A stretch of DNA of 64,000 bases from Octopus vulgaris (taxonomy: Eukaryota). Positions 25,961 to 37,572 of this stretch are shown here, in pieces; within the stretch, counting starts at the first letter, position 1; the number at the start of each line of letters is the position of its first letter. The notes beneath the pieces are model-generated. The model made no database searches. It was not told where the DNA came from and worked only from the letters and a program-made list of their open reading frames with translations. The position numbers and the translations under genes were made by a program. The stretch covers positions 125,054,001 to 125,118,000 of the forward strand of contig OX597817.1 in NCBI GenBank assembly GCA_951406725.2. Reading direction: 5' to 3'.

Positions 25961-27806
25961 CCTCTCTGCCTAGTACTATCTTATTTCTGGAGTGCAATCA
26001 CCATCTCGATTTATTTTGGAGCCAAAGGAGATGAAATCATCAACCACTTCGATCTCTTCATTATCGATTTTGATGCTGATGTTTGTTGTGGCTGCTGTTG
26101 ACATGATCTTCATTTTCTTAACATTGAGATACAGCCCAAATTTCTCACTCTCTTTCTTGACCAGCAGGATAAGATCCTCCAGATCCCTACCACTCTCCGC
26201 CAGCAGGGTTGTATCATCTGCATAGCAAAGGTTACTAATATTTCTTCCTCCAATCCTCACTCCAATGCTGCTATCCTCCAGGTGTGCATTCCTCATGACC
26301 TTTTCAGCGTACATGTTGAAGGCTGCTGGTGACAGGATGCAACCTTGCCGAATGCTTTTTCCAATCTCAAACCAATCAGTGTTGCCATATGGTGTCCATA
26401 CTGTAGTCTCTTGGTTTTGATAGAGGGATCTAATAAGCTGGACAAGGTATAAAGGTGTTCCCATTTCCTCCAGACATTTCCATAACTTGTCATGATCAAT
26501 GCTGTCAAAGGCTTTGGAGTAATCGAGGAAACACATGTACAGCTTCTTTTGGTATTCTCTTGCCTTTTCCATAATCCTCCGTAGGTTGGCGATTTGATCG
26601 CAGGTGCCTCTTTCCTTTCTGAACCTCTGGCAATTCTCTTTCAATAGTTGTGTTCAGGCACTTCTGGATGATTTTAAGGAGAATTTTGCTTACATGGGGG
26701 ATCAGGGTTATGGTACGGTAATTGCGCAGTCCTTGGTATCTCTTTTCTTTGGTATTGGGATGAAAACTGACCTCTTCTATTCCCTTGGCCACTTACAGGG
26801 TCTCCATATTCGTTGGCAAAGCAATGTTAGTGTTTTTGTTGGTATTGGCTTGAGTAATTCTAGTGGAATACCATCAGTACCTGGGGCTTTTCGGTTGGCC
26901 AGCTGTTTCATTGCCCATACCACCTCATCCTCCAGGATGTCTGGCTCCAGTTCCAGTTCCAGTGGCTTCTCTTCTGCCTGTTCATCGAGGTTGTTCCCTG
27001 CATACAACTGTTCAGTGTACTCTTTCCATCTTTTCCTGATCCCTTCTTGGTCATACAGTTCTTCACCATTTCTCCCTCGGATGGTTGCTTGTCTGGCCAT
27101 GAATGTTGTACAGGTCTTCTTTACATGTTGGTAAAGTTCTCTCATGTTCCCTTTCCTGTATGCCTCCTCTGACCTTGCACATTCCTCATTCCAGTATTTC
27201 TCTTTGTCCTTCATGGCGGCCTGTTGGAACATTGCGTTCAGGCGCTGCACTTCATCCCTGCTTCTGGTCATCTTTGCTCTCCTTCTTTCTTCTTCTATTG
27301 CAATAGTCTCCTCCAAAATCCACTTTGCTGATCGTATGGATTTCTTGTACAGTATATGTTTCTCTGCTATTTCAACGACAATTTCCTTCACCTTCTCCCA
27401 TATTTATTCTGCTTCTTGATTCTCTTCAATGGCGAGCAGTTCGAAGCGGTTTCTGATCTTAGCGGCATATGATGGACCGATCTTGCTGGTATCAAATTTC
27501 TGGTAAGCAGGTGGTTGCTTGACGCTGCAGAGTCGTATCTTGATCTTGGCAACCAGAAGTTCATGGTCAGATCCACAGTCTGCTCCAGGGAACGTTTTCA
27601 CAGCTTGGACTGAACTCTTCCACCATTGCTGACATAGGATGTAGTCGATTTGATTGCGGTACTGTCCACTTGGTGACGTCCAGGTGTATAACCATCTTCT
27701 TGGTTGCCAAAACCAAGTATTGGTTAACCGCATGTGTTGTTCTTGACAAAATTGGACCAGTTGATCTCCTGCTTCATTCCGTTCTCCTAATCCAAATTTG
27801 CCAACG
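25959..27806 (-). mobile_element. RTE-clade LINE internal fragment (APE endonuclease C-terminal half plus RT), frameshifted
   Basis: YTWTSPSGQYRNQIDYIL and GSDHELL (APE); RKAPGTDGIP, NYRTITLI, FLDYSKAFD, RQGCILSP, YADD (RT). Confidence 0.93.
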
Positions 27807-27864
27807 ATATATATATATATATATATACATATACAAGAAAAAAGCAACAAGAATGGATTAGTAG

Positions 27865-27953
27865 TTTAGTACAATTGTTTCATACTAAGAACAATTTTAT
27901 TTAAAGCTGCAAATATTGCAGCAAATACAAATGTCCAGTATTCATCAGCTAAA
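27865..27953 (-). ncRNA. Type I hammerhead ribozyme, intact core
   Basis: TTTAG-CTGATGA-ATACT[...]AGTAT-GAAA-CAATTG-TA-CTAAA: stem I 5 bp, stem II at least 5 bp, palindromic stem III, GUA cleavage triplet. Confidence 0.82.
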
Positions 27954-28335
27954 TCACATATATGTTTTACAAATATCCTAGAGAGTTTGACTATCCTCAT
28001 GAAGTATTATGTCCTTTATTTGGGCTGAATCTGCTTCGCTGACTTTCTTGCTAATACAACCAAATTCTATTTGCAACAGCTGAGTTGTGAAATGAACCGG
28101 TGTGTGACCAGCAGCTTTCTTCATGTCTCCAGAAATTATATCTGCATTTTTATGGATGGATTCACCTTCTCTGGGAAGTTAACAATCTTTTTAAAATCTT
28201 TTAATAAAACTGTGCATCATCAGAAAGCATTTTAAGTCTGCTTAAAATTTGACTTTAAATTTCATAGAACTCACTCCTAATAGTTCATGACGATAGTCAA
28301 ACTCTCTAGGATGTTTGGAAAACATGTATGTGATT

Positions 28336-29233
28336 TTCCAAAAAAATTTTTGAAAATCTTTCGAAAATTTTCCCCAAAAGTTTTTCAAAAATTTTTTGAA
28401 AATTTTCACCAAAAATTTTTGAAAAGTTCTTTGAAAATTTTCCACAAGTGTTTTTCAAAAATTTTTTGAAAATTTTCCCAAAAAATTTTCCCCAAAAATT
28501 CTATAAAAATTTTTGAAAAATTCTTTGAAAATTTTCCTCAAACATTTTTGAAAAGTGTTTCGAAAATTTTCCCCAAAAAGTTTTTTTTAATTTTCGAAAT
28601 ATTTGGGGAAAACTTTCAAAAAATTTTTTGAAAAATATTTTGGGAAAATTTTCAAAATTTTTGAAAAATTTTTGAAAATTTTCCCACAAAATTCTTTAAA
28701 CATTTTTGAAAAATTTTTTGGAAATTTTCCCCAAAAATTTTTGAAAAGTGTTTCGAAAATTTTCCCTAAAAATTTTTCAAAAAGTTTTGAAAATTTTTCA
28801 AAAATTTTTAAAAATTTTCCCCAAAAACATTTCAAAAATTTTTGAAAATTTTCACCAAATATATTTCAAAAATTTTTTGAAAATTTTCACCCAAAATTTT
28901 TGAAATATTTAAAAAAAATTTTTCCATAAAAATTAAAAAAAAATTTCTCGAGAATTTTTCCCAAAAGTTTTTGAAAAAGTTTTTGAAAATTTTCCCTAAA
29001 AATTTTTGAAAAGTTTTTCGAAAATTTTCCCCCAATATTTTTTGAAAATTTTCCCCAAAAATCTTTCAAAAACTTTTGAAAATTTTCCCCAAAAATTTTA
29101 CAAAAATTGTTTGAAATTTTTCCCCAAAAATTTTTGAAAAATATTTTGAAATTTTCCTCAAAAATATTTGAAAATTTTCCCTAAAAGTTTTTGAAAAATT
29201 CTTTGAAAATTATCTCCAAAGATCTTTGAAAAA
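28336..29233. repeat. Degenerate A/T-tract minisatellite, about 35-bp unit of three 11-12 bp subunits
   Basis: Units like AAATTTTCACCAAAAATTTTTGAAAAGTTCTTTGA repeated over about 900 bp. Confidence 0.85.
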
Positions 29234-29951
29234 GTGAGAGAGGGAGAGAGAGAGTAAGTGACGACCTTCATAAAATATAAAATGTAAAATGTTTTGTCGT
29301 TTCTTAAACACTAGATATAGCGTTCAAGTTTAGGATGTTTTTGAAAGACACTATATTTTATAATCATAGTATATATACTTTCTCACACAACAATTACAAT
29401 ATATTTATTTTAAATCATTTATTTATCTTAAATCTTTCATCTTTCTCCACCCTCTCTCTCACACACATTACTTTGGGTGCGAAAGAGTTTTGTTTCTATC
29501 TTATGCCGAGTAAAAAAGTGTTTTGTTGAAAATCCATTTATTTAACAACAAAGAAACAAAGAAACAATAAATGGGTACAATTTCCGAGGCTTCCACCACA
29601 CCCACTCCGTTTCACGGATCACAAAAAGGGTTTTTTAGCATATTAAGAGGCCAAAGCAGTTGATTCCATGCAAAAACAAACATTATTTTTCTTAGTGAAA
29701 ATCGTGCAAGTGTTAATCTACACATTTAACAACACTTTTCCATTCATTTCTGTTTATGAACATGTATGCATGCACAAAACATGCAATAGGTGTACGTACG
29801 TACATTTGTGTTCGTGTCTGTTGCCCATATATATTTCAACGGATTTTGCCCAAATTTGACGTCGATATTACTTAGTTTGGTTTAAAATAAAGAACTTGAT
29901 TAGCTTAATAATTGTAACTTAATCCCAGGCAGGGCCGGGTTATACTGCTAG
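29234..29951 (+). mobile_element. Non-autonomous Helitron-like element, 3' end
   Basis: GC hairpin CCCAGGC-AGG-GCCGGG (29924-29939) followed 8 nt later by CTAG (29948-29951) then T; 5' end not identified. Confidence 0.6.
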
Positions 29952-29962
29952 TATATATATAT

Positions 29963-30405
29963 ATGGGTTGGCAACTAAGTTTGCACCATTTTTTAAAATT
30001 TTGAAATTTATTGTGTTTTAAATTTTGGAATCTATTTTGTTTATTTCTAGTTAATTTTAGTTACTTTTCTTTTATTTTCAGATCCTTAAAATGGAATGTC
30101 AAGTTAAGAAAAACGAGCATTTTTGACACCTCCTTATATTTGCTTTTAATCAAGGTTCTAAGGCTGCAAAAGCTGCTTGTGAGATTTGTGCTGTGTATGG
30201 AGAGGGTGCCATAGCTGAAAGAACTACTCATGACTTGTATGCTAAGTTCAAAAAGGGAAATTTTGACCTCAAAGACACACCTCATTCTAGCCATCCTGTT
30301 GAGTTCGATGACGAAGCATCTTCATTGGATGGGAAAGGTACAGAAGTATGGAGCATGGGCTCCGCATGCTTTCAGTGACAACAACAAAAACCAATGAGTC
30401 CATCG
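29963..30405 (+). mobile_element. Mariner DNA transposon 5' fragment (putative TIR plus transposase N-terminus, pseudogene)
   Basis: ATG at 30091: MECQVKKNEHF*HLLIFAFNQGSKAAKAACEICAVYGEG...FKKGNFDLKDTPHSSHP, then after a deletion GAWAPHAF (WVPHEL motif). Confidence 0.88.
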
Positions 30406-30429
30406 TGCATATATAAATATATCTATATA

Positions 30430-30603
30430 TATGAATGTGTGTATGTGTGTGTGCGTGTGTGTTTATGTATATGTTTGTGTGTCTGTGTTTGTCCCCCCCA
30501 CCATTGCTTGATAACCAATGCCGGTGTGTTTACGTCCCTGTCACTTAACAGTTCGGCAAGAGAAACCATTAGAATAAGCACTAGGTTTACAAAGAATAAG
30601 TCC
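30430..30603 (+). mobile_element. SINE family A internal fragment
   Basis: GTCTGTGTTTGTCCCCC...GGTGTGTTTACGTCCC...TAGAATAAG. Confidence 0.7.
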
Positions 30604-31352
30604 ATATTTATATTTATGTACTTATACATTTATATATGTATGTACGTGCTTATGGTTTTATTACTTGTCAAAATGTGACATAAAGCAAGAGTAGATATAC
30701 ACACATCTACATGCATGCACATATGCAAACACACTCATTAAATTATAACCAGATATTTTTATCCATACTTTTAACTTTTTTAATGAAATGTGTGTAATAG
30801 TATATAGCATTGATACTGTTTATTTTTTTCATCATTATAATACCAAGTATTTCTATTTATAAGTGAAACAGCAAGTCATATTGAACAATGATATAGAGTT
30901 CAATAGTGGGAATTGAATAGAGGGAAGCAGAGATCATGTAGGGCATTATTGCATTAAGGACAAAGAGAAGAAATGAGAATTAGAAAACAAGAGAAGAACC
31001 AGCAATGATGTGAGGCATTAACTCAGCAGGAAAGGAATCAAATTCTTTCAAGAAATCCAACTAGGTTTTGTATGATGAGCACAGGAGTTGAAGTTATAAG
31101 GAAAGGGTGAGAATTATTAATCACGAAAGAAGGCAAAATATGAATGTGATGAGAGACATGAATATTTAACACAGAGGAGATATGAACAAAAAGCATGGAC
31201 AAGAATACCTAGAACAGATGTGAAACTTGGAGAGAAAATACGAATGAAACAAAGCGATGAGAATATTTAGAATAGGTGTGTGACTGAGTTATATACCTGT
31301 TCTAAATATTCTCATTTAGCTGTTGCATTCATATTTATTTCATTCATATATA

Positions 31353-31560
31353 ACGGAATGGAGCGTTACATGGTAGAGACTGAGCTGGTGGGAAGGAGTG
31401 CAAGAGGAAGACAGAGAATAAAGATGTTCGACTGGATGAAGAAGAGATTGAATGTGCAGAGTGAGAAAGAACTGGGTGATGATGTGAGAGACAGAAATAA
31501 ATCGAGGAGGAACAAGCCATGATTTGTCAAAGGCATGGATATGCCATAACACAAGAGAGA
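31353..31560 (+). mobile_element. RTE LINE extreme 3' end
   Basis: GRSARGRQRIKMFDW...VRDRNKSR resembles the RTE C-terminal GxRxRGRP...DRxxW motif; short GA tail. Confidence 0.65.
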
Positions 31561-32632
31561 GAAATATGACTGAGCTAGGGTACAAAGAATAACACTAAAT
31601 AATGATGAGGAGTCATAAAGTATTGGAATTACGAATATATGTCCTTGCCATGGAGCTCTGCCATTCTATAGAGAACATTTCAACTGCCGCAATATGTCAG
31701 CAGCAGCAGTGGCTTTATCTCATATCTGAGTATTTATTTTCTTCTTTGCTGAATGCTTCCTTTATGGCGATGATGTTGACTAATTCTTGCATAGAAGAGT
31801 CAATGGCAATGTTGGTGGAGGACGAGGTTGATTTTGCTAAGCCTTTCCCTCCTGACATTTGATTTTTTCCTTTTCTCTTCTGGTGGCTTTGAGGTTTTTG
31901 GTTCTAATGGTGATGGAATGCCGTCCCTTAGTACAGTTTTAGGTTTGTGTTTGAAATGATTTGGCCCCAATTCCAGTGGCTTTTAATGTTACTTTGAGTT
32001 GGTCAATTTATCTTCCAAGAGGACAACACTGCAGTCTTCTTCCCAAAATGAGCTCACTGAATAAGACGATGCAACAGTCTATGTTCAATAAGACTATGCT
32101 CAATCAATACAGCTGGAAGTGTTTCCATCACTGGTTGCAGGCACGGTTTATGAGTTAAGCTATCACATTTAGCAAACAGCCCTAATCAAGCTAAGAGAAT
32201 TATTTGAAGCTAATGCATATGAAAGTCAGAATTTTTGAATAAAATAATTATAATTATAACTGTGCTGTTCATTTTAATTGTAACTGCCTTTCCTTTTAAC
32301 TAGTACTGTGCCTTTCCAATTGAAAGAAAACTATCTTACTTTTGCACATAAGGCCAAATTTATCATTATGTTTCTAACCTTCATCCTGACAGAAACTGAT
32401 AAACCAAGATATGGACAACTTCATATCATAAATGCTCAGCAAGCAGTGCTGACACAAACATCATAACAATCAGTGCCAGCAGTCAGAGACAGATAACAGT
32501 CAAGGTCTGTTTACTGAGCCAGCAGCTAGATGCACATCTTGTTGCCAACACTAACCTGTTTTCAAGTGAAATAAGATTTCGCTATTGCTGGATATATTTA
32601 CAAGGAAGACTGGAAGCGAGGGATCCTATTTG

Positions 32633-32855
32633 TATGAGGGGGGTGCTGAAAAGTTCCCGGTTTTAAGGATTTTGCAAATGGCCTAGTTGGGGATCCAACA
32701 TTCTTCGTTTTTTTACAGACCTTAGAAAAACTAAAGGACTGCAGCAATTAGTGAGTGAATCTGAGAAGAGGAATATGATGAATGACATCATAATTAACTG
32801 ATCTTCCTGGATTTTCTTTTACCAAAAGCCAGGAACTTTTCAGCACCTCTACGTA
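32633..32855 (-). mobile_element. Mariner-type MITE copy
   Basis: TIRs TATGAGGGGGGTGCTGAAAAGTTCC / GGAACTTTTCAGCACCTCTACGTA. Confidence 0.82.
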
Positions 32856-33034
32856 TTACTATAAGATGATTTCAAGACAAAGAGAAATACACATGCAAAC
32901 ACACACATATATATATATATATATGTGTATATACACATATAGTGAACTTCTTTTAGTTACCATTTATCAAATCCACTCACAAGGCTTTAGCTGGTCCGGA
33001 GGTATAAAAGATATAGGTATAAAGGCATAAAGGA

Positions 33035-34380
33035 TATAGGAATCAGGTTCAACTCAATTTTTGGTTCGCATGTTTCAACCAAGATCACGGGAAAATTTTT
33101 GCCACTTTGGACAAATGTTTTCCTAAATCTAATTGATATCATGCTATTTTTACTTGGCACACTGTGAAGGTGTCCTAAGCTAACTCTGCTAATTTAGAGC
33201 TTATGCATCGCATAAATAATTGTAAAATGCGACAACAGCTCATCAACCTACCTACAGGATCTAGTGAACATGCGCATCTAAATACCAACAAAGGAGATGT
33301 AAACCACAATGAAAAGCACCAATTATGGCCAAATTATAATGATAGAAATGCTTATGATATAGCTATCATGGTATCAATGTCAGAAAATGTAGTCGGAACT
33401 GCCATATATAAAAATAAATATGATAAATGTTCATGCAGAGAAATATCAAAATGCTCATTGATGAACCTCTGTATGAGTACAAATCATGAATATAAATGTA
33501 GTGCAGATAAGGGGAGGGACGCATGTTTACATAGGGCATGTTGCCAGTTTCAAGAGAATCAATAAGAGACATTCGACATCTTTGGCCAATTTTGTATGGC
33601 GACTGAAGGAAGATAAAATTGAGTACAACATAACCTGGTCCATAGTAAGGCATGCAAAACCATACAATATCATTTCCAGGAGATACTGATTCTGCTCCGA
33701 GGAATCCCTGTCTATTCTGTTGACCAATGGGAAGACAATTAATAGAATTTCTGAAAGACTCTCAAGATGCCTACATGCATATAAATATACCTTGCACAAT
33801 GCAGTTAGAATGAAATTGAGTAATTGTTACTTTAAGGTATGGATGAACTAAGTTTAGCTTTAACCTCCCCATTCTTATAAACACCAAGCAGATATTTAAC
33901 CTGCATTGTGATTGTGAGTGCACCAAACTGCACATGTGTATATGTTTACATTTTTGCAGATGCTTATATAACGAAGTGTACACACACCATGCAGCTTGTG
34001 TGAGGGCATATATACATCCATATCTGTTAACTGTTTTTTTAATACTTTTCTTGCTGTATTGCATGTTTGTTTCCTTTATGCATCTGTGATTTTATTTTTG
34101 ATGTTCTATATAAACAAAGATATTTTCCACATTTTGTTGCTTTTCTTTCTACGAAATGAGAAGATACACTGTAGAACTGTTATTTTAATGAGTTGTATGC
34201 ATTTATCACCTGATAAGACACATCTGCACCACCAGATGCTCCTAAACTGGCTGCTAAGAGTCCCATCCATGAGGGATCAATGCTAGATGTGTCGAGACAA
34301 TTGTTGTGATTAGTAATAAAAATTCTTGTATATTCCATCTTCTGTCTTTCATTTACCATATACATAACAAACACCTGTGG
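33035..34380 (+). mobile_element. Naiad-type PLE, 5'-truncated (post-RT linker, GIY-YIG, HHR-bearing pLTR)
   Basis: RFNSIFGSHVSTKI..LDKCFP..TVKVS, CSCREISKC (CxCx5C), VYIG...TSLANFVWRLKE...ITWSIVRHAKPY; HHR motif at 34205-34310. Confidence 0.8.
34205..34310 (+). ncRNA. Type I hammerhead motif with two core substitutions
   Basis: ATCAC-CTGATAA-GACACATCT[...]AGATGTGTC-GAGA-CAATTG-TT-GTGAT; perfect 5-bp stem I and 9-bp stem II. Confidence 0.72.
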
Positions 34381-35620
34381 AAGTGACCTTGCTTTACCAG
34401 TAGGTTACCAGGTGTAAACCATTCATTTTATTATTTAACATATATACAAATACATAAATAGATAGATAGATATATACAGATATATATATATATGTGTGTG
34501 TGTGTGTGTATTGATATATTACGTTTATTAGATGTAGGATGGTAGGATGAATGAAATTTTGGACAAATTTTCTTGTTGTATTTGGTTACTTCCCTCTTTA
34601 TCCTAAGTCCAAATTACCTTCCAGTTGACTTTGTTCTTCACATTTTCCATGCTGATAAGATATATACAAAAGAAATTTAGTATATGGAGTTGTACCAAAT
34701 ATACTGGATCATTTTCAAAGCGTTTGTCTTCATATCAAGGTCAGTGAACCTTTTAGAACCCATAGATGTCTCAAGGGAATCAAATCCTAAATATTGTTTT
34801 TGCAAACAAGGACAAAAACGAAAGTAAATAAAATAGCTACACAATATGTATTGTACTTTTGATACAACAGTAGCAGCAGCAGCAGCTCACAGCTGCTCTG
34901 TAGAGATTTCATGTAAAAATAGGCTACACAAAGACAATTGGGGAATTTAAAACTAAAGTAAAAAGTCACAAAATAAAACAATAATTTAGTAATACTTGGA
35001 ACAAAAAAAAACTTTGCACCATAATAATCAAACATCAACAAAAAACAACAACAACGTAGCATGGTATTTAAAGGTCAATAAGAAATAATTCTCATGGAGT
35101 ACAATGTGATGTGCATATGCATGGAAAGTCAAAGATATGCATCAGAGAAGAAACATCGCGAATTAATTGCTAAACTGAATGATATAAATGTTCTGTGACT
35201 GAAAATATAAATAAGCTATTAAATTATAGAAAGTAAATACTAAATTTTTTCATTATTTATTTTCTCTTTACTATAGGGAACTCTGAAAAATAAAAGTAAA
35301 ATGGAAATTACATATTTTTTCTTCAGCTTTTTTGGTGATTTTTTCTAGCATTATTCTTTTTTTTTGTTTCTTCCCCCTTTCCTGAAATCAAGGTTATCAG
35401 TTAAGTGATTTGTACTGGAAAAAACCATGTTATTAGTGTTTTGTGATTTGAGCTGATTGCAATTAAGATAAGGCTCAAGAGAAGATGCATATGTATTAAG
35501 GGAAACTGATAGATAAAGTGAAGGAGAGTGATAGATAGCAATACAGTGTGTACATGAGAGGAGGAAGTTGTGTGTGTATGAAGATTGATATATATATATG
35601 TGTGTGTGTGTGTGTGTATG

Positions 35621-35653
<33 letters not shown>

Positions 35654-36559
35654 GAAGAGAAAGAGAGAGAGTGTAAAGGAGAAGGCAAGATAAAGAATGA
35701 AAAGGAGCAAAAAAGTTAGAAGGAAAAGGTGGCTGGGCAAAATGGTTGTAGGAGAAGGCTGGAAAGATAAAGTTAGAGGAAAGAGAAAAAAGTTAACCAA
35801 AATGAGGGAGAGAGGAATAATGGGGCAGGTATAATGAGAATCAGACAGTTAAAGCAAAAATTAGATTAGATACATAGGTAGATAGATTGGTAGATAGATA
35901 GATAGATAGACAGAGAAAAGGGGGAGTGATAGGGAGAGATAGAGAGAAAGACAGACAGACAGACAGAATCTTATAAATAAGAGAGTGAAGAGAAAAATTA
36001 GCATGAAGAAGAGAGAATGTGTTAGAATATGAGAGAGAGAAAGAGGGTAAAAGGGAGCAAGGGAGAGAAAAAGAAAGAGAAAGAGAGAGGGAGGAAATAG
36101 TAGGAATCCTGTAGGATTATAGGAAATTTATCTGTTAAACAATAGTAAATTTATTTTACTTTGCAAGGGGAATAGATTAAAGAACAAATCTCAGAATTTA
36201 TTTGTACGCAATACATTCTATGGTAATAAGAGCAAGCCGCTAGTATTAACAATAATAGTACAAAATAATAAGCCCCCAAATGTTATGCAGATGAATACAA
36301 AGAACTTCATTGGTACTTGTAAACCCTTGAATATAACATATCAACAACAACAAGAAAAAGTATTCTAAATGCTATTTTCTATATTTAAAACTTGGAATTA
36401 CATTGTGAGCCCTCTTGGCAATCTTCTTAATACTTCTCTATCAGGAGAATAAGAGATAAGTTTTGTGTGGTTATGTTTATATTCAAAAATACCGAAAGGC
36501 ATTTTCTATGGTAGCCTACTGATTCTGACAAGTAGTGTTCTATTAACAGCAACAACAAT

Positions 36560-36775
36560 AATGGCTTTAAATTTTGGGCTAAGGTCAACAATTTCAGGAG
36601 AGTTGAGTGAGTTGATTAAATCTATCCCAGTGCTCAACTGGTACTTATATTTTTATCGAGCCTGAGAGGATGAAAAGCAAAGAAAACTTCAGCAGAATAT
36701 AAAGTCAGAATGTAGAGATGGATGAAATATTGTTAAGCATTTTGCCCACCAAGCTAACAATTCTGCCAGCTCAAA
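36560..36775 (-). mobile_element. SINE family B, diverged
   Basis: CCCAGTGCTCAACTGGTACTTAT...GAGGATGAAAAGCAAAG...AAGCATTTTGCCC. Confidence 0.7.
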
Positions 36776-36819
36776 GTTTTAACAACAATGAGGATGACAA
36801 CAACAACAACTATAATAAT

Positions 36820-37572
36820 AAATGCCCTGATGCAGTACCAGGCAGTGGTTCTCATGGCTTCTAATCTTAACTGATTGACTGTGTTTGTTAATTAACACAT
36901 ACACGTTTTGTCTTAAAGTAAAAGATGAGCTACAGCAAATATTCTGCTCATTACTACTGGTTTACTTGTTAGTTGCTTGACCTTAACCTGTTGAGCATAT
37001 CCCTTAGTGACTGATGATATGATGCCTTAGTAGCATCTCTGATCACAGCAGGAAGCATGAGAAAGTACCATAGCCATGTGCTGAGAGAAATTATTTGTAG
37101 TTTGAATAATGCACCCCTGGAAACTTGGGTGTTTTGTTCATTATCCTTACCTCTTATTCATGGACCTTTTGAGCAGGATTGACTACTCAACATGAAGAAA
37201 ATTCTAACTGGGCTCCACCTGCAAGGTCATGCACTGTTTATCTTGATATGAGGTCACTGCTTTGTGCACATATAGTTGTGATACATGTGCCTGGTGTACC
37301 CTTTTAAGATGGATAGTTATGATGGGTATATTGGACTTCGTATATTTGTACCCTTGTGTCACATTGATGGCATGCACTGCACTCTCACTCAACAAGAATA
37401 ATGGACCCCCACCTACAAAGTCATGTGCTATTTCTCTAGATATGAGATCACCATGTCACACACACATATGGTTATGATACTTGTGCTTTGAGTCCTCTTA
37501 TCACACAGGTAGTCATGATAGGTATTTGAGGCTTCATATATTTGTATATTTGTACCTCAGTGTCATTTTGAT
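36820..37572. repeat. Unclassified interspersed repeat with an internal tandem duplication of about 190 bp
   Basis: CCACCT...GTCATG...GATATGAG.TCAC...GATGGGTAT...GTGTCA unit at about 37210-37398 and 37400-37572. Confidence 0.6.

Noticed and set aside
28242-29069. K/F/E/N-rich ORFs on both strands, and a CRISPR-like look to the repeat
   Set aside because: Products of the A/T-tract minisatellite; no unique spacers, no cas genes, eukaryotic context
31600-32150. Moderately GC-rich segment that might be coding (likewise 46870-47200)
   Set aside because: Multiple stops in the frames I read and no motif I can name; probably old transposon debris
22686-33689. In-frame TGA codons in the Naiad-type GIY-YIG remnants (22686-22688 and 33687-33689) as selenocysteine codons
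   Set aside because: They fall at non-Cys positions (SF*, Y*FC), consistent with CGA>TGA decay, so they do not support Sec recoding
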